This document shows positions 21,021-32,267 of a DNA stretch of 64,000 nt, piece by piece. Numbering within the stretch: the stretch's first letter is position 1; every line of letters begins with the position of its first letter. The translations under genes were made by a program, and so were the position numbers. The DNA is from an uncultured Alphaproteobacteria bacterium. GTDB lineage: Bacteria; Pseudomonadota; Alphaproteobacteria; MPNO01; DASWLB01. The stretch is from contig CAVZIN010000010.1 in the NCBI GenBank assembly GCA_963775315.1, positions 101,268-165,267 of the forward strand, given 5' to 3'. Under the pieces are notes generated by a model, which searched no databases, was not told the origin of the DNA, and saw only the letters and a list, made by a program, of their open reading frames with translations.

Positions 21021-22415
21021 TCACCGCTTCAAGGGCGACCACGCCGGATCGGACCCGTCCTGCGGCGTCACCACCTCGCGATCGTTGTAGCCGGTGAGAT
21101 CGATCGTATAGAGCCGCGACGTCGCTCCGCGCCCGTTGCGGTCGGACGGCGTCTGCCGGAAGTACATCAGCACGCGGCCGTTGGGCGCCCACGTCGGACC
21201 CTCGACATCGAATCCATCGGTGAGGATGCGCTCGCCCGACCCGTCGGGACGCATGACGCCGATCTGAAACTGGCCGCCCAGGATCTTGGTGAAGGCGATC
21301 AGGTCGCCGCGCGGCGACCACACCGGCGTCGCGTAGCGCCCGTTGCCGAAGCTGATGCGGCGCGCGTCCGAGCCGTCGGCGTTCATCACGTAGAGCTGCT
21401 GCGATCCGCCGCGATCGGAGTTGAACACGATGTGGCGGTCGTCCGGCGAATAGGAGGGCGAGGTATCGATCGCCGGGTTGGTGGTCAACCGCTCCTTGTG
21501 CCTGGTGCGGAGGTCCATCGTGTAGATGTCGGTGTTGCCGTTGTAGGCCTCGGACATGATCACCTTGTTGCCGTCGGCCGAGAAGCGCGGCGCGAAGGTC
21601 ATGCCAGGGAAGTCGCCGATCACCTCCTGCTGGCCGGTGTCGATGTTCAGCAGGAACACGCGCGGCGTCCCTTGGGTATAGGAGAGGTAGGTGATTTCCT
21701 GCGCCGTCGGCGAGAAGCGCGGTGTCAGCACCAGCGCGCGCCCATTGGTCAGGTAGCGGTGGTTGGCGCCGTCCTGGTCCATGATGGCCAGCCGCTTGAT
21801 ACGATGATCGGCCGGGCCGGATTCGGAGACGTAGACGATCTGGCTGTCGAAATAGCCTTCCTCGCCGGTGATGCGCTTGTAGATCGCGTCCGCGATGATG
21901 TGGGCGACCCGGCGCCAGTTGTTCGGCTCGGTGCCATAGGCGAACCCGGCCATCTGGGTCGCCCCGAAGACGTCCCACAGCCGGAACGAGACGCGGAGCC
22001 GGCCGTCCTGGCCCTGCTCCACCGCGCCGGTGACGAGCGCCTGGGCGTTGATCGCGCGCCAGTCGGCGAAGCGCGGCTGCACGCCCTGAGCGGCGGCGCG
22101 CACCTGGTTGGCGGCGTCGAGGAACGCCTGCTTGGCGATGGGCTTGAACAGGCCCGACCGCTCGAGGTCGGCGGAGACGACGGAGGCGATTTCCTGGCCG
22201 TGGGTCTGGGTGTCGGGGGTCGCGCCGTAGAAGTCGGGGATGGCGATCGGCAGTGGCTCGAGATGGCCGCGCGTGATGTCCACCTGCAAGGTCGCGCTTG
22301 CCGGCGCCGGCGCCCCGGCCAGGGCGGCCAGGGCGGCGACAGCGCAGAGCGCGGCACCCACGATGGTTGCGGTCAGGGACCGGCGGCCCCGCGTTCGGTC
22401 GCTCTTCTTCTTCAT
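21021..22415 (-). CDS. tolB: Tol-Pal beta-propeller protein TolB
   Basis: PIAIPDF, PD40 repeats (PRFSP, PSYSPD, PVWSPRG), DPAWSP C-terminus. Confidence 0.95.
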   Translation of the reverse strand: MKKKSDRTRGRRSLTATIVGAALCAVAALAALAGAPAPASATLQVDITRGHLEPLPIAIPDFYGATPDTQTHGQEIASVVSADLERSGLFKPIAKQAFLDAANQVRAAAQGVQPRFADWRAINAQALVTGAVEQGQDGRLRVSFRLWDVFGATQMAGFAYGTEPNNWRRVAHIIADAIYKRITGEEGYFDSQIVYVSESGPADHRIKRLAIMDQDGANHRYLTNGRALVLTPRFSPTAQEITYLSYTQGTPRVFLLNIDTGQQEVIGDFPGMTFAPRFSADGNKVIMSEAYNGNTDIYTMDLRTRHKERLTTNPAIDTSPSYSPDDRHIVFNSDRGGSQQLYVMNADGSDARRISFGNGRYATPVWSPRGDLIAFTKILGGQFQIGVMRPDGSGERILTDGFDVEGPTWAPNGRVLMYFRQTPSDRNGRGATSRLYTIDLTGYNDREVVTPQDGSDPAWSPLKR

Positions 22416-23353
22416 GGTCCCGCCAACTCCTTGGGATTGAACGCTATGATCATGTCGCTCCATTCCGAGTACCGGTCAGCCGGCAGGCGCAGCGGACTGC
22501 ACCGCGGGTCCTGAATGGCGCGGAGCGCGCTTTCGGCAAAGGCGCGGAAGATCGGGTCGCTGCGCATGCGGGCCTGGTCCTCGATAGACGGCATGCCGCG
22601 CAGCGTGCCGTCCGGATTGAGCGCAATGCGGATGTCGATGCGCATGTCGCGCGCGTCCTTCGCCCCGATCGGGACCGACCAGCAGGGCGATATCTGGTTT
22701 CTCACCATCCCGACGAGCTGCGACGCCTGGAATTTCGAGAGCGCGCTCTGCGCCGGGGCCGGGGAGTGCTGCGCCTGCGGCTTCGGCTCGAGCCCGGCCA
22801 GCAGGTCCTTCGCCAGATCCTTTGGCTTTTCGGGACTCGGCTTCTTCTTTTGGTCCGGGGGCGCGGATTTCAGGTCCTTGCGCACGTCCTTCAGAAGGCT
22901 CGCCAGCGTCTGTTGCGGCGGCGCCGGCGGCTTCGGCTTGTGCTTGGGACGGGGCGGCGCCTTCGCCTCCTCGACCGGTTTGGGCTTGGGCGCAGGCTCC
23001 GGCTTCGGCTGCACCACCGGCTTGGGCTTGGGCTTGGGCGCGGGGGTCGGCTCCGGAATCTTCACGGCTTCCGGTTCCGGCGGTGGTGGTGGCGGCGGCG
23101 CGGCCTTTTCGGGCGGCGGCGGTGGCGTCTTGGGCGCGGGCGGGGTCTTGCGCGCGGGCGGGGTCGGCGCCGGCTTGGCGGCGGGCGCCGGCGGCGGAGC
23201 CGGCGCCTTGTCCGGCAAGGTGACCACCTCGACCGAGACCGGCCCCGAATCCTCGATCGGCTTCGGGTGGAACAGCGACGGCAGCCCGAAATAGACGAGC
23301 GCGATCACCGCCAAGTGTAGACAGCCCGATGCGATAAGCGCGTCCCGGCGCAC
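22412..23353 (-). CDS. tolA: TolA-like cell envelope integrity protein
   Basis: N-terminal TM with SxxLH, Pro/Lys-rich linker, C-terminal CW...C domain; lies between tolR and tolB. Confidence 0.85.
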   Translation of the reverse strand: MRRDALIASGCLHLAVIALVYFGLPSLFHPKPIEDSGPVSVEVVTLPDKAPAPPPAPAAKPAPTPPARKTPPAPKTPPPPPEKAAPPPPPPPEPEAVKIPEPTPAPKPKPKPVVQPKPEPAPKPKPVEEAKAPPRPKHKPKPPAPPQQTLASLLKDVRKDLKSAPPDQKKKPSPEKPKDLAKDLLAGLEPKPQAQHSPAPAQSALSKFQASQLVGMVRNQISPCWSVPIGAKDARDMRIDIRIALNPDGTLRGMPSIEDQARMRSDPIFRAFAESALRAIQDPRCSPLRLPADRYSEWSDMIIAFNPKELAGP

Positions 23354-23356
23354 GGA

Positions 23357-23827
23357 TCACCTCTTCCCGCGCCCCGGCTTGGCGGATTCGCCCGGGATCT
23401 CCGCGACCAGAGACACCTTGGCGAACCCCGCCTGGTTCACCGCGCCCATCACCTCCATGATCTTTCCGTAGGCAATGGACTTGTCGCCCCGGACGAAGAT
23501 GCGCGCGTCCTTGCGGTTCTGGGTGATGGCGGCGAGGCGCGGGCCGAGCTGGCCGAGGTCGATCGGATGATCCTGCAGAAAGATCGCGCCCGTTTTGTCG
23601 ATGGAGACAACCAGCGGCTCGTCCTGGCCGGTGAGCTGGGCCGCCTGGGTCTTCGGCAAATCGACCGGCACGCCGGCCGTCAGCAGCGGCGCCGTCACCA
23701 TGAACACGACCAGCAGCACCAGCATCACGTCGACCATGGGCGTGACGTTGATGTCGCTCATCGCGCGGTAGCCGCGCCGGGCACCCGCGCCGACGCCGCG
23801 GCCGTTGCCCATCGTGCCCATCGCCAT
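23357..23827 (-). CDS. tolR: Tol-Pal protein TolR
   Basis: INVTPMVDVMLVLLVVFMVTAP; RGD motif. Confidence 0.93.
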   Translation of the reverse strand: MAMGTMGNGRGVGAGARRGYRAMSDINVTPMVDVMLVLLVVFMVTAPLLTAGVPVDLPKTQAAQLTGQDEPLVVSIDKTGAIFLQDHPIDLGQLGPRLAAITQNRKDARIFVRGDKSIAYGKIMEVMGAVNQAGFAKVSLVAEIPGESAKPGRGKR

Positions 23828-23828
23828 C

Positions 23829-24554
23829 TCAGACGGCCTCCTCGAAGCGGCGGGACAGGATGGCGCCGAACTCACCGGCGAACGATTCCAGCCGGGCGGC
23901 ATAGCGGCCGAGATCGTTGGAGATCTTGTTGTAGGCGATGACCGCTGGGATCGCCGCGATCAGCCCGAGAGCGGTCGCGAACAGCGCCTCGGCGATGCCG
24001 GGCGCCACGACCGCCAGCGACGTGTTCTTGCTGAGCGCGATCGCCTGGAACGAGTGCATGATGCCCCACACCGTGCCGAACAGCCCGACGAACGGCGCCG
24101 TCGAGCCGACCGAGGCGAGGAACGGCAAATAACGCTCCAGATGCTCCATTTCGCGACCCAGCGTGATGTGCATCACCCGTTCGATGCGCTCGGCGAGGCT
24201 TTCGCGCGAGTGCTCGCCCTTGAGGCCGCGGGCGGCGGAGCGGCGCCATTCGCGCATGGCCGAGATGAAGATCGCCGACATCGGGTCCTCGGGACGCTGG
24301 CCCAACCGGTCGTACAGGTCGTCGAGCGAGCCGCCCGACCAGAACGACTCCTCGAACGAGGTGGCCTGGGCGCGCAGCCGGCGCAGGCGGATCATTTTCT
24401 CGAAGATGATGGACCAGCACCAAAACGAAGCCAGAACGAGAATCAGCATGACGATCTTCACCAGAAGGTCGGCGTGCTGGAACAACGCCCAGACCGAAAG
24501 GTCTGTGCCCACCGACCCGGCCAGTGCGACCGAATTGACCGCCGTAGTTTCCAT
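23829..24554 (-). CDS. tolQ: Tol-Pal protein TolQ
   Basis: [30 protein letters not shown]. Confidence 0.95.
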   Translation of the reverse strand: METTAVNSVALAGSVGTDLSVWALFQHADLLVKIVMLILVLASFWCWSIIFEKMIRLRRLRAQATSFEESFWSGGSLDDLYDRLGQRPEDPMSAIFISAMREWRRSAARGLKGEHSRESLAERIERVMHITLGREMEHLERYLPFLASVGSTAPFVGLFGTVWGIMHSFQAIALSKNTSLAVVAPGIAEALFATALGLIAAIPAVIAYNKISNDLGRYAARLESFAGEFGAILSRRFEEAV

Positions 24555-24557
24555 GTC

Positions 24558-24986
24558 CTAAACGCGCTCCTTCCCCGAATCATTCCGTGCAATCGTGTCG
24601 AGCGCGTGGCGCAATCGCGGCGGCCACGGGACCGGCCGCCCGTTGCCCGCCACGCAGGCGATCCGCACTCGGAGCCGGGCGAGCTCGTCCGCGCCGCGGC
24701 GCACCGTCTGCACCAGCCAGAGGCTCGCCGCCCGGAGATCGACGATCTCCGAGGTCACCTCCAGGAGATCGTCGAGCCGTGCCGGCGCCAGATAGTCCGC
24801 CTCGCAGCGCCGTACCGCGAACACGACGTCGTGGTCGCGCTTCAGCGCCGAATGCTCGGCGCCCGCCTCGCGCATCAGCTCGGTTCGCGCCCGCTCGGCG
24901 AATTTCAGGTAGTTGGCATAATAGACGATGCCCCCCGCGTCGGTGTCTTCGTAATAGACGCGGACGGGAAACGCGCGAGCGGTCAC
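24558..24986 (-). CDS. ybgC: Tol-Pal-associated acyl-CoA thioesterase
   Basis: [27 protein letters not shown]. Confidence 0.92.
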   Translation of the reverse strand: MTARAFPVRVYYEDTDAGGIVYYANYLKFAERARTELMREAGAEHSALKRDHDVVFAVRRCEADYLAPARLDDLLEVTSEIVDLRAASLWLVQTVRRGADELARLRVRIACVAGNGRPVPWPPRLRHALDTIARNDSGKERV

Positions 24987-26026
24987 GGCGTCTCCTCCCC
25001 GTCGCCGGAGAGCAGGTCGAGCTGGGCGCCGGCAGGCGGAGCGAGGCCGAGATGGCGCCACGCCGCCTCGGTCAGCACCCGGCCGCGCGGTGTGCGGGCG
25101 AGAAGCCCGCGCTGCATCAGGAACGGCTCGATCACGTCCTCGAGCGCGTCGCGCTGCTCGGCGAGCGAAGCGGCGATGGTCTCCACCCCCACCGGCCCGC
25201 CACCGAACGTCTGGCCGATGCAGCCGAGGTAGCGCCGGTCCAGCGCATCGAGCCCGAGCGCATCGACCTGCAGCCGGCGGAGCGCGGCGTCGGCCGCCGC
25301 CCGATCGATGATGGCGTGTCCGTCGACCGCCGCGAAGTCGCGCACGCGCTTGAGCAGCCGGCCGGCGACGCGCGGCGTGCCGCGGGCGCGGCGGGCGATC
25401 TCGAGCGCGCCGTCGGGCGTCAGATCGAGGTCGAGCAGCCCGGCGGCGCGGCGGACGATGCGCTCCAGCTCGTCGTCGCGATAGAACTCGAGCCGGATCG
25501 GGATGCCGAACCGGTCGCGCAACGCGGTGGTGAGGAGGCCGGTGCGCGTCGTCGCGCCGACCAAGGTGAAGGGCTTGAGCTGGATGCGCACCGAGCGCGC
25601 CGCCGGCCCCTCGCCGATCATCAGATCGAGGCGGAAATCCTCCAACGCGGGATAGAGGATTTCCTCGACGATCGGCGACAGGCGGTGAATCTCGTCGATG
25701 AACAGCACGTCGCGCGGTTCGAGGTTGGTGAGCAGCGCGGCAAGGTCGCCGGGCCGCGCGATCACGGGGCCCGAGGTCGTGCGCAGATTGACGCCGAGCT
25801 CGCGCGCGACAATCTGGGCGAGCGTGGTCTTGCCGAGGCCTGGCGGGCCGGACAGCAGCACGTGGTCGAGCGCGTCGCCGCGCGCCCGTGCCGCGTCGAT
25901 GAACACGCGCAGATTGGCCCGCGCCTCGGCTTGGCCGACGAAGGCATCGAGCGAGTTGGGGCGGAGCGACGGCTCGCCCGCATCGTTCTCGGATCGGTCG
26001 GCGGCGACGAGACGCGGCTCGGTCAC
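24983..26026 (-). CDS. ruvB: Holliday junction branch migration helicase RuvB
   Basis: [24 protein letters not shown]; GTG start overlapping the ruvA stop. Confidence 0.96.
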   Translation of the reverse strand: MTEPRLVAADRSENDAGEPSLRPNSLDAFVGQAEARANLRVFIDAARARGDALDHVLLSGPPGLGKTTLAQIVARELGVNLRTTSGPVIARPGDLAALLTNLEPRDVLFIDEIHRLSPIVEEILYPALEDFRLDLMIGEGPAARSVRIQLKPFTLVGATTRTGLLTTALRDRFGIPIRLEFYRDDELERIVRRAAGLLDLDLTPDGALEIARRARGTPRVAGRLLKRVRDFAAVDGHAIIDRAAADAALRRLQVDALGLDALDRRYLGCIGQTFGGGPVGVETIAASLAEQRDALEDVIEPFLMQRGLLARTPRGRVLTEAAWRHLGLAPPAGAQLDLLSGDGEETP

Positions 26027-26640
26027 GCCGAAAGCTCCTTGAGGCCGGCGGTAATCAGGGCTTCGACCGGCGCGTCGGCACCCAGCTGCTGCGCCGCATG
26101 GCTGACGGCGCCAAGCGCCTCGCCGCGGCGATAGCCGAGATTGACCAGCGCCGAGACGGCGTCGCCGAGCGGGCCGGCGAGCCCCATGGCCGCGCTGGCG
26201 GTCACCGCCGCGAGGCCGGGCGAGGCCGCCACCACCGCGTCCGCGACCTTGTCCTTCAGCTCGGCCAGGATGCGGGCGGCGAGCTTGGGCCCGACCCCGG
26301 CGGCGCGGGTAAACGCGGCACGGTCGCCGGCGAGGATCGCGTCGACCAGCGCCTCGGGCTCGGTGACGGACAGCACCGAAAGGGCGTGGCGCGCGCCGAC
26401 GCCCTGCACGGTGGTCAGCAGCCGGAACCAGTCGCGCTCCGCCGCGTCGGCGAAGCCGTAAAGATGGATATGGTCCTCTCGCACATGGGTCTCGACCGCG
26501 ACCGAGGCCTGCCCGCCCGCCGCCGGCAGGCGGCGCAGCGTGCGCGCCGAGCAGAACACCAGGTAACCGACGCCGCCGACGTCGATCACCGCCCATTCCT
26601 CACCCGTCGAATCGACGATCCCTGTGAGGCGGGCGATCAC
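26023..26640 (-). CDS. ruvA: Holliday junction branch migration protein RuvA
   Basis: IARLTG, GVGY, VRED...LYGF, HhH motif GVGPK, ALVNLGY. Confidence 0.95.
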   Translation of the reverse strand: MIARLTGIVDSTGEEWAVIDVGGVGYLVFCSARTLRRLPAAGGQASVAVETHVREDHIHLYGFADAAERDWFRLLTTVQGVGARHALSVLSVTEPEALVDAILAGDRAAFTRAAGVGPKLAARILAELKDKVADAVVAASPGLAAVTASAAMGLAGPLGDAVSALVNLGYRRGEALGAVSHAAQQLGADAPVEALITAGLKELSA

Positions 26641-27161
26641 GCCACCACCCCCGCTGCGCCCCAGGCGCGGCTGGTCGCGGCGTGATGGGCGTGGCAGATG
26701 GCGACGGCCAGCGCGTCGGCCGCATCCTCCGTCTCGCACGCCGCGCCGGGCAGCAGCATGCGGACCATGGCACCGATCTGCACCTTGGCAGCGTGGCCTG
26801 CGCCGACCACCGACTTCTTCACCGTGTTGGCGGAATATTCGGTGACCGCGACACCGGCGAGCGCCGGGGCGAGCAGCACCACACCGCGCGCCTGGCCGAG
26901 CAGCAGGGCCGAGCCCGCATTGCGCGCCACGAACGTCTCCTCGACCGCCGCCGCATCGGGCGCGTAGCGCGCGATCACCTGGGCGAGTCCCACGTGCAGC
27001 GCGGCGAGGCGCTCGCCCATCGGGCGCTTGACGTCGGGCCGGACCGCACCGTCGGCGACGTGGCGCAGCACGGTGCCCTCGGCCTCCACGACGCCCCACC
27101 CGGTGACCCGGAGGCCCGGGTCGAGCCCGAGAAATCGCATGGGCGGCGCTCCTTTCGCCAT
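26637..27161 (-). CDS. ruvC: Crossover junction endodeoxyribonuclease RuvC (alternative start 27140)
   Basis: [30 protein letters not shown]. Confidence 0.95.
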   Translation of the reverse strand: MAKGAPPMRFLGLDPGLRVTGWGVVEAEGTVLRHVADGAVRPDVKRPMGERLAALHVGLAQVIARYAPDAAAVEETFVARNAGSALLLGQARGVVLLAPALAGVAVTEYSANTVKKSVVGAGHAAKVQIGAMVRMLLPGAACETEDAADALAVAICHAHHAATSRAWGAAGVVA

Positions 27162-27184
27162 CTGGGATCCCGCCGCGCCCGGAA

Positions 27185-27934
27185 TCAGGCGCTCAGGCGG
27201 GCCATCAGCGCGTCGTCGATCTCGTAGTTGGCGGCGACCGTCTGCACGTCGTCATTGTCCTCCAGCACATCGAGGAGGCGCAGCAGGGTCTCCGCATTGT
27301 CTTCCCCGACCGGCACGGTCACCTGCGGGCGCCACGCCAGGGCGGCGCGCTCGGCCTCGCCGAACCGCGCTTCCAGCGCCTCGCGAACCGCGTTGAGGTC
27401 GTCGGGCGCGCAGATCACCTCGTGTCCGTCGGGTCCCGACTGCACGTCGGACGCGCCCGCTTCGAGCGCCGCCTCGAACATTTCCTCTGGCTTCGCCTTG
27501 TCGGCCGGGTAGTTCACGACGCCGACGCGGCTGAACTGGAAGGCCACCGAGTTTGTCTCGCCGAGCGTGCCGCCATGCTTGTCGAAGGCGACGCGCACGT
27601 CGCCGGCGGTGCGGTTGCGGTTGTCGGTCAGCGCCTCGACGATGATGGCGACGCCGCCCGGCCCGTAGCCCTCGTAGCGCATCTCGACGTAGTTGTCGTT
27701 CTCGCCGGCGGACTGGCCGCGCTTGATCGCGCGCTCCATCGTATCCTTGGGCATGTTCGCGTTGCGCGCCGCGACGATCGCCGCGCGTAGCCTGGGGTTG
27801 GCCGACGGGTCGGCCTGGCCGGTCTTGGCTGCCACCGTCAGCTCGCGGATCAGCTTGGTGAACTGCTTGGCGCGCTTCGCGTCCTGCGCGCCCTTGCGAT
27901 ACATGATGTTCTTGAACTGGGAATGTCCGGCCAT
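27185..27934 (-). CDS. yebC: YebC/PmpR family protein
   Basis: [26 protein letters not shown]. Confidence 0.95.
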   Translation of the reverse strand: MAGHSQFKNIMYRKGAQDAKRAKQFTKLIRELTVAAKTGQADPSANPRLRAAIVAARNANMPKDTMERAIKRGQSAGENDNYVEMRYEGYGPGGVAIIVEALTDNRNRTAGDVRVAFDKHGGTLGETNSVAFQFSRVGVVNYPADKAKPEEMFEAALEAGASDVQSGPDGHEVICAPDDLNAVREALEARFGEAERAALAWRPQVTVPVGEDNAETLLRLLDVLEDNDDVQTVAANYEIDDALMARLSA

Positions 27935-28098
27935 AGGCCGCGCGTCCTCTTGTGCGGAAAGTGAGGGTCTATACCATATGTAGGCGAAAAGCGCACCGGC
28001 CCCACAATCGGCGCGGCGCTATTCACCATTCTGCCCGGTAACAATCGAATATGGCGAGATTGCGGCCGGCGCCCGTGGCTTGGCCAGGGCGGGCCCGC

Positions 28099-28911
28099 CT
28101 ACCTCGGCCAGTGGGGGGCGAGCATGCCGCCCGTCCGGACCGGCGCGACGCGGGTGGCGAGGCCGGTGCGATCGTCGGTCTCGCAGAACACGGCGCACAG
28201 CGTCGCCTCGCCGTCGGCGGGCTCGAGCCGGCCGGTCGGCATCTTGGTGACGAAGCGCTCGACCGCCTCGTGCGCGCGCATGCCGATCACCGAATCGTAG
28301 TCGCCGCACATGCCGGCGTCGGTCTGGTAGGCGGTGCCGCCGCCGAAGATGCGGGCGTCGGCGGTCGGGACGTGGCTGTGGGTGCCCACCACCAATGAGG
28401 CACGCCCGTCGCAGAAATGGCCCATCGCCGTCTTCTCGCTGGTCGCCTCGCCGTGGAAGTCGAGGATCACGGCATCGACCGTCTCGCCCAGCCGGTGCGC
28501 CTCGAGCGCACGGTCGGCCTCGGCGAACGGGTCGTCCAGCGGGTCCATGAACAGCCGCGCCATCAGATGCAGCACGAACACCTTGCGGCCGCCCGGCGCA
28601 TCGAAAATGCGCGCGCCCGCGCCCGGCGTGCCGGCCGGAAAGTTCTGCGGGCGCATCAGCCGCGGCTCGCGGTCGAAATGGCCGATGATCTCGCGCCGGT
28701 CCCAGACATGGTTGCCGGTGGTGATGACATCGGCGCCGGCGTCGAACAGCTCGTCGCAGATCTGGGCGGTGATGCCGAAGCCGTGCGCGGCGTTCTCGCC
28801 GTTGACCACGACGAAATCGAGCTCGAGGTCGCGCCGGAGCCGCGGCAGGTTGCCCACCACGGCCCGCCGGCCGGCCGAGCCCACCACGTCGCCGCAAAGA
28901 AGCAGTCTCAT
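28099..28911 (-). CDS. YmdB/TIGR00282 family metallophosphoesterase
   Basis: GDVVG, NGENAAHG, TGNH, DFHGEATSEK, GTHSHVPTAD. Confidence 0.92.
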   Translation of the reverse strand: MRLLLCGDVVGSAGRRAVVGNLPRLRRDLELDFVVVNGENAAHGFGITAQICDELFDAGADVITTGNHVWDRREIIGHFDREPRLMRPQNFPAGTPGAGARIFDAPGGRKVFVLHLMARLFMDPLDDPFAEADRALEAHRLGETVDAVILDFHGEATSEKTAMGHFCDGRASLVVGTHSHVPTADARIFGGGTAYQTDAGMCGDYDSVIGMRAHEAVERFVTKMPTGRLEPADGEATLCAVFCETDDRTGLATRVAPVRTGGMLAPHWPR

Positions 28912-29522
28912 GAGCCGGTCCCCGGGGCGAACCGAAGCGCGCGGGTCTCGGTGACAACCCAGTCGAGCTTCTGGTCGGCACCGGTGGTCGGCACGCGGTC
29001 CACCTCCTGCGCGTCGTAGGCGACGCCGGCGGCCAGGACCGGACCGACCCGGCGCAGCTTGGCGAGCGTGCGGTCGTAGTACCCGCCGCCATAGCCGAGC
29101 CGGCGGCCGGCCGCATCGAAGGCGAGCAGCGGCGCGATCACCAGCGCCGGCGTCACCTCTTCGTCCGAGGCGGGGTGCGAGGTGCCGAACACGCCGGCTA
29201 CCATCGCGGCGCCCGGCGCCCAGGCCCGAAAAATCAGCGGCGTGCCCCTGGCCGTCACGATCGGAAGCCCGATCGCACAGCCGAGCCCATGGATGCGCGC
29301 AAGCAAGGGGCGCAGGTCGAGTTCGTCCACCATCGGCCAGTAGCCGGCGACGAGCGGGCGCGCCGCGAGCGCATCGGCAAGCGCGGCGACGAAGTTCGCG
29401 GCGACGCGCTCGGCGGCCGCGGCACCCGACGTGCGGTGAACATTGCGCCGTGCGGCCATCATCGACTTGCGCAGCGCGGCCTTTTCGGCGCGCACCGCGT
29501 CGGGTGAGGCCGCCTCGGGCAA
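28908..29522 (-). CDS. 5-formyltetrahydrofolate cyclo-ligase (start approximate, TTG)
   Basis: KAALR N-terminus, PLLAFD, RLGYGGGYYDRTL, D..LDWVVTE. Confidence 0.9.
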   Translation of the reverse strand: MPEAASPDAVRAEKAALRKSMMAARRNVHRTSGAAAAERVAANFVAALADALAARPLVAGYWPMVDELDLRPLLARIHGLGCAIGLPIVTARGTPLIFRAWAPGAAMVAGVFGTSHPASDEEVTPALVIAPLLAFDAAGRRLGYGGGYYDRTLAKLRRVGPVLAAGVAYDAQEVDRVPTTGADQKLDWVVTETRALRFAPGTGS

Positions 29523-29524
29523 GC

Positions 29525-29761
29525 TCAGAACGCGGTGAAGGTAAGGGTGGTCAGCGACCGCACGATATTGGGGATGTCGAGCACCCGGTCGTTGAGGAAC
29601 TTGCCGATGTCGGCGTCCTCGGGAAGGTAGAGCTTCATCAGGAGATCGTATTCGCCGCTGGTGGAGTAGAGCTCCGACGCGATCTCGCGGCGATAGATCG
29701 CGTCGGCCACCTCGTAGGTCTTGCCGGGGGTGCAGCGGAGCTGAACGAAAACGGGCTTCAT
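29525..29761 (-). CDS. Stand-alone Lrp/AsnC ligand-binding domain protein
   Basis: 78 aa; ELYSTSGEYDLLMK RAM-domain motif; no HTH. Confidence 0.8.
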   Translation of the reverse strand: MKPVFVQLRCTPGKTYEVADAIYRREIASELYSTSGEYDLLMKLYLPEDADIGKFLNDRVLDIPNIVRSLTTLTFTAF

Positions 29762-29788
29762 CGCATCCCTCCGGGGCGTCGTTCGAGT

Positions 29789-29949
29789 AGGCGGAGCCGC
29801 TTCGGCCGTCCGGCACTGAAATCCTCTGTGGCCTGCTGATGCAGGTGGGCGCCATGTGCCGAGACCACGGCCTCGGCAGGGACAGCTCCCAAGAGGATAC
29901 CATTGGCCCCAGGGATTTGCGGCCGGTTCGCACCGCGCAGCCCCGCCTG
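29789..29949 (-). ncRNA. ssrS: 6S RNA
   Basis: Lies between zapA and the cyclo-ligase; closing stem GGCGGGGCTGC/GCGGCTCCGCC; alphaproteobacterial core CCCTGGGGCC...GGGAGCTGTCCCT...GGCGCCCACCT; upstream promoter TTGCCG-N17-TAGATT (29984-29956). Confidence 0.88.
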
Positions 29950-29958
29950 CCTCCGAAT

Positions 29959-30309
29959 CTAGGCAGCTTCGAGCCTCGCGGCAATCCCTTCGATCCGCTC
30001 GGCCAGCGCCTCGATGGCGGCGGCGGCGCGGCCCTCGACCTCGCGCGCGGCGGTGCGCGCCGCGATGGCCTCGTCGGCGCCGGACTTCGAGGTGTCGTCG
30101 AGCTCCGCATAGGCTTCGGCCAGCTCGTCCGAGATCAGCAGCGCCGCCATCACAAGGAGACGCGCATCCCCGACCTGGCCCACCGCGGCCACCAGCTCCT
30201 CCACCTTGCCGTCCAGGAAGGTGCCGAGCTGGCGAAGGTGATCCTCCTGCCCGTCGTCGCAGGCGATCTGGTAGTTGCGCTTGTTGATGGTGATGTCGAC
30301 CTGGGCCAT
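29959..30309 (-). CDS. zapA: Cell division protein ZapA
   Basis: MAQVDITINKRNYQIACDDGQEDHL, RLLVMAALLISDEL. Confidence 0.93.
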   Translation of the reverse strand: MAQVDITINKRNYQIACDDGQEDHLRQLGTFLDGKVEELVAAVGQVGDARLLVMAALLISDELAEAYAELDDTSKSGADEAIAARTAAREVEGRAAAAIEALAERIEGIAARLEAA

Positions 30310-30316
30310 CGCCGCC

Positions 30317-30529
30317 TCAGCCCGCGAGCGCGGTGCGCAGCCGCGCGATCGCCGCGTCGAGCCGCTCGGCGACCTCGGAATTGCGCGCCTCCAGCGTCTC
30401 GCAGCGGCTGCGCAGCGACGTGATCTCGGCCTCGGCGTCGTCGGTAGCGGGCAGCGCCTCGCCCGCCGCGCGCTCGAGCCGGGCGACCGCCTTGGCGAGC
30501 CGGTCGTGGGCCTCGGAGAGGTTGCTCAT
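30317..30529 (-). CDS. Small coiled-coil protein upstream of zapA (DUF4164-like)
   Basis: 70 aa heptad pattern ending AERLDAAIARLRTAL; conserved position before zapA. Confidence 0.7.
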   Translation of the reverse strand: MSNLSEAHDRLAKAVARLERAAGEALPATDDAEAEITSLRSRCETLEARNSEVAERLDAAIARLRTALAG

Positions 30530-30632
30530 GGAATGCCCGCGGGTTGTCGGTTCCCGGCGAGGATACGCACCGTCCGATTCGAACGCAACCGACGCCGGCG
30601 CGCGCGAAGCGGATCCTCGCGCGCGATCACAG

Positions 30633-30908
30633 TCACCCTTCGTCGAATCCGTCGGTGACGAGGCGGGCGAGCGCGTCGGCGGCCGGCTCGGCGTCGGCGC
30701 CCTCGCAGTGGATGACGAGCGGCGTGCCCGGCCCGGCGGCGAGCAGCATCAGCCCCATGATCGAATGCCCGGAGACGGTCTGGCCCTTCGCCTGCACCGT
30801 GATGCGCGCGTCGTACCCCCCGGCGAGGCGCACGAAGGCAGCCGCCGCCCGCGCGTGCAGCCCCTTTCGGTTGACGATCGTCACCGAGCGCTGGACGCCT
30901 TCGTTCAT
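30633..30908 (-). CDS. ptsH: HPr/NPr family phosphocarrier protein
   Basis: NRKGLHARAAA, SIMGLMLL. Confidence 0.92.
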   Translation of the reverse strand: MNEGVQRSVTIVNRKGLHARAAAAFVRLAGGYDARITVQAKGQTVSGHSIMGLMLLAAGPGTPLVIHCEGADAEPAADALARLVTDGFDEG

Positions 30909-31312
30909 CCGGCCTGGTCGGCGAGCAGGCGCGAGGCGACGTTGATGTACTTGCGGCCGGCCTCCTGCGCCTCGGCGACCGCGTCGGCGAGCGCATGGCT
31001 TCCCCGGACGCTGGCGAGCTTGACCAGCATCGGCAGGTTGACCCCGGCAATCACCTCGACCTTCGCCTGCTCCATCACGCTGATCGCGAGGTTGGACGGC
31101 GTGCCGCCGAACATGTCGGTGAGAATCACTGCGCCCTGCCCCTCGTTGACGCGCGCGACGTCGTCGAGGATCTCCTTGCGGCGCACCTCCATGTCGTCCT
31201 CGGGCCCGATGCAGACGGTGGCGATGCCGGTCTGCGGCCCGACCACGTGCTCGAGTGCCGCCACCAGCTCGTCGGCGAGGCGGCCGTGGGTGACCAGTAC
31301 GATGCCGATCAT
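30905..31312 (-). CDS. manX: PTS mannose-type EIIA component
   Basis: MIGIVLVTHG, LTDMFGGTPSN, GVNLPML. Confidence 0.92.
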   Translation of the reverse strand: MIGIVLVTHGRLADELVAALEHVVGPQTGIATVCIGPEDDMEVRRKEILDDVARVNEGQGAVILTDMFGGTPSNLAISVMEQAKVEVIAGVNLPMLVKLASVRGSHALADAVAEAQEAGRKYINVASRLLADQAG

Positions 31313-31340
31313 GGCGTAACCTGCTTTCTGGCGGGGCACG

Positions 31341-32267
31341 TCACGGCGCCGCCCCGCTGTCGATATCGCGATGGAACACGGTGGCGCTCTGCCCCTCGGC
31401 GGCGAGCCATGCCCCCAGCCGCTCGGCGAGATAAACCGAGCGATGCTTGCCGCCGGTGCAGCCGACGGCGATGGTGAGGTAGCTCTTCCCCTCCTGGCGG
31501 AAGCGCGGCAGGAGGGGGCCGAGGAGCCGGGTGAGCGCGTCGAAAAAGCCGGCGAAGTCGGGATCGCGCTCGATGAAGGCGCCGACCGCCTCGTCCCGCC
31601 CGGTGAAGCCGCGCAACGCGTCGACATAGTGCGGGTTGGCGAGGAAGCGGACGTCGAACACCAGATCCGCCTCGCGCGGCACGCCCAGCCTGTAGGAGAA
31701 CGAGGTAACGAACACCACGAGCCCCGGCGCCTCGTCCAGCGTGAAATGGCCGCGCAGCTCGCGCTGCAGCGCGCCGAGCGTCAGGTCGGTGGTGTCGAGC
31801 GTCACGTCCGCCCGGTCGCGGAGCGCGCCGATCATCTCGCGCTCGCGCAGGATGCCGTCGGTGACCGGCCGGTCCGGCGCCAGCGGGTGGCGGCGGCGCG
31901 TCTCGGTGTAGCGTCGGCGCAGCACCTCGTCCTGGCAGTCGAGGAACAGCACCCGCACGTCGAGCGCCGGCATGGCGACCAGCGCGTCAAGCTCGTGAAC
32001 GAACGTGCCGACGCCGAAATCGCGCGTGCGCACGTCGACGCCGATGGCGAGCGGGCGGCCGGCGCCCTTCGCGCCCGTGATCAGGCTGGTGAGGAGCGAG
32101 ATCGGCAGATTGTCCACAGCTTCGTAGCCGATGTCCTCGAGGGCCTTCAGCGCGTTGCTCTTGCCGGCGCCGGACATGCCGGTCACCAGCACGACCCGCA
32201 GCCTGCGCGGCGGCGCGGCAAGGGCGGCACCGTCGTTCGACGGCAACGCATGGTCTCGCTGGGTCAT
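31341..32267 (-). CDS. rapZ: RNase adapter RapZ
   Basis: GMSGAGKS, VDNLP, TRRRHP, DVRFLANP, GCTGGKHRSV. Confidence 0.94.
   Translation of the reverse strand: MTQRDHALPSNDGAALAAPPRRLRVVLVTGMSGAGKSNALKALEDIGYEAVDNLPISLLTSLITGAKGAGRPLAIGVDVRTRDFGVGTFVHELDALVAMPALDVRVLFLDCQDEVLRRRYTETRRRHPLAPDRPVTDGILREREMIGALRDRADVTLDTTDLTLGALQRELRGHFTLDEAPGLVVFVTSFSYRLGVPREADLVFDVRFLANPHYVDALRGFTGRDEAVGAFIERDPDFAGFFDALTRLLGPLLPRFRQEGKSYLTIAVGCTGGKHRSVYLAERLGAWLAAEGQSATVFHRDIDSGAAP

Noticed and set aside
22900-23220. Low-complexity repeats (GGCTTG, GGCGGC runs)
   Set aside because: They encode the Pro/Lys-rich TolA linker and are not a CRISPR array or mobile repeat. No CRISPR array was seen in the window.
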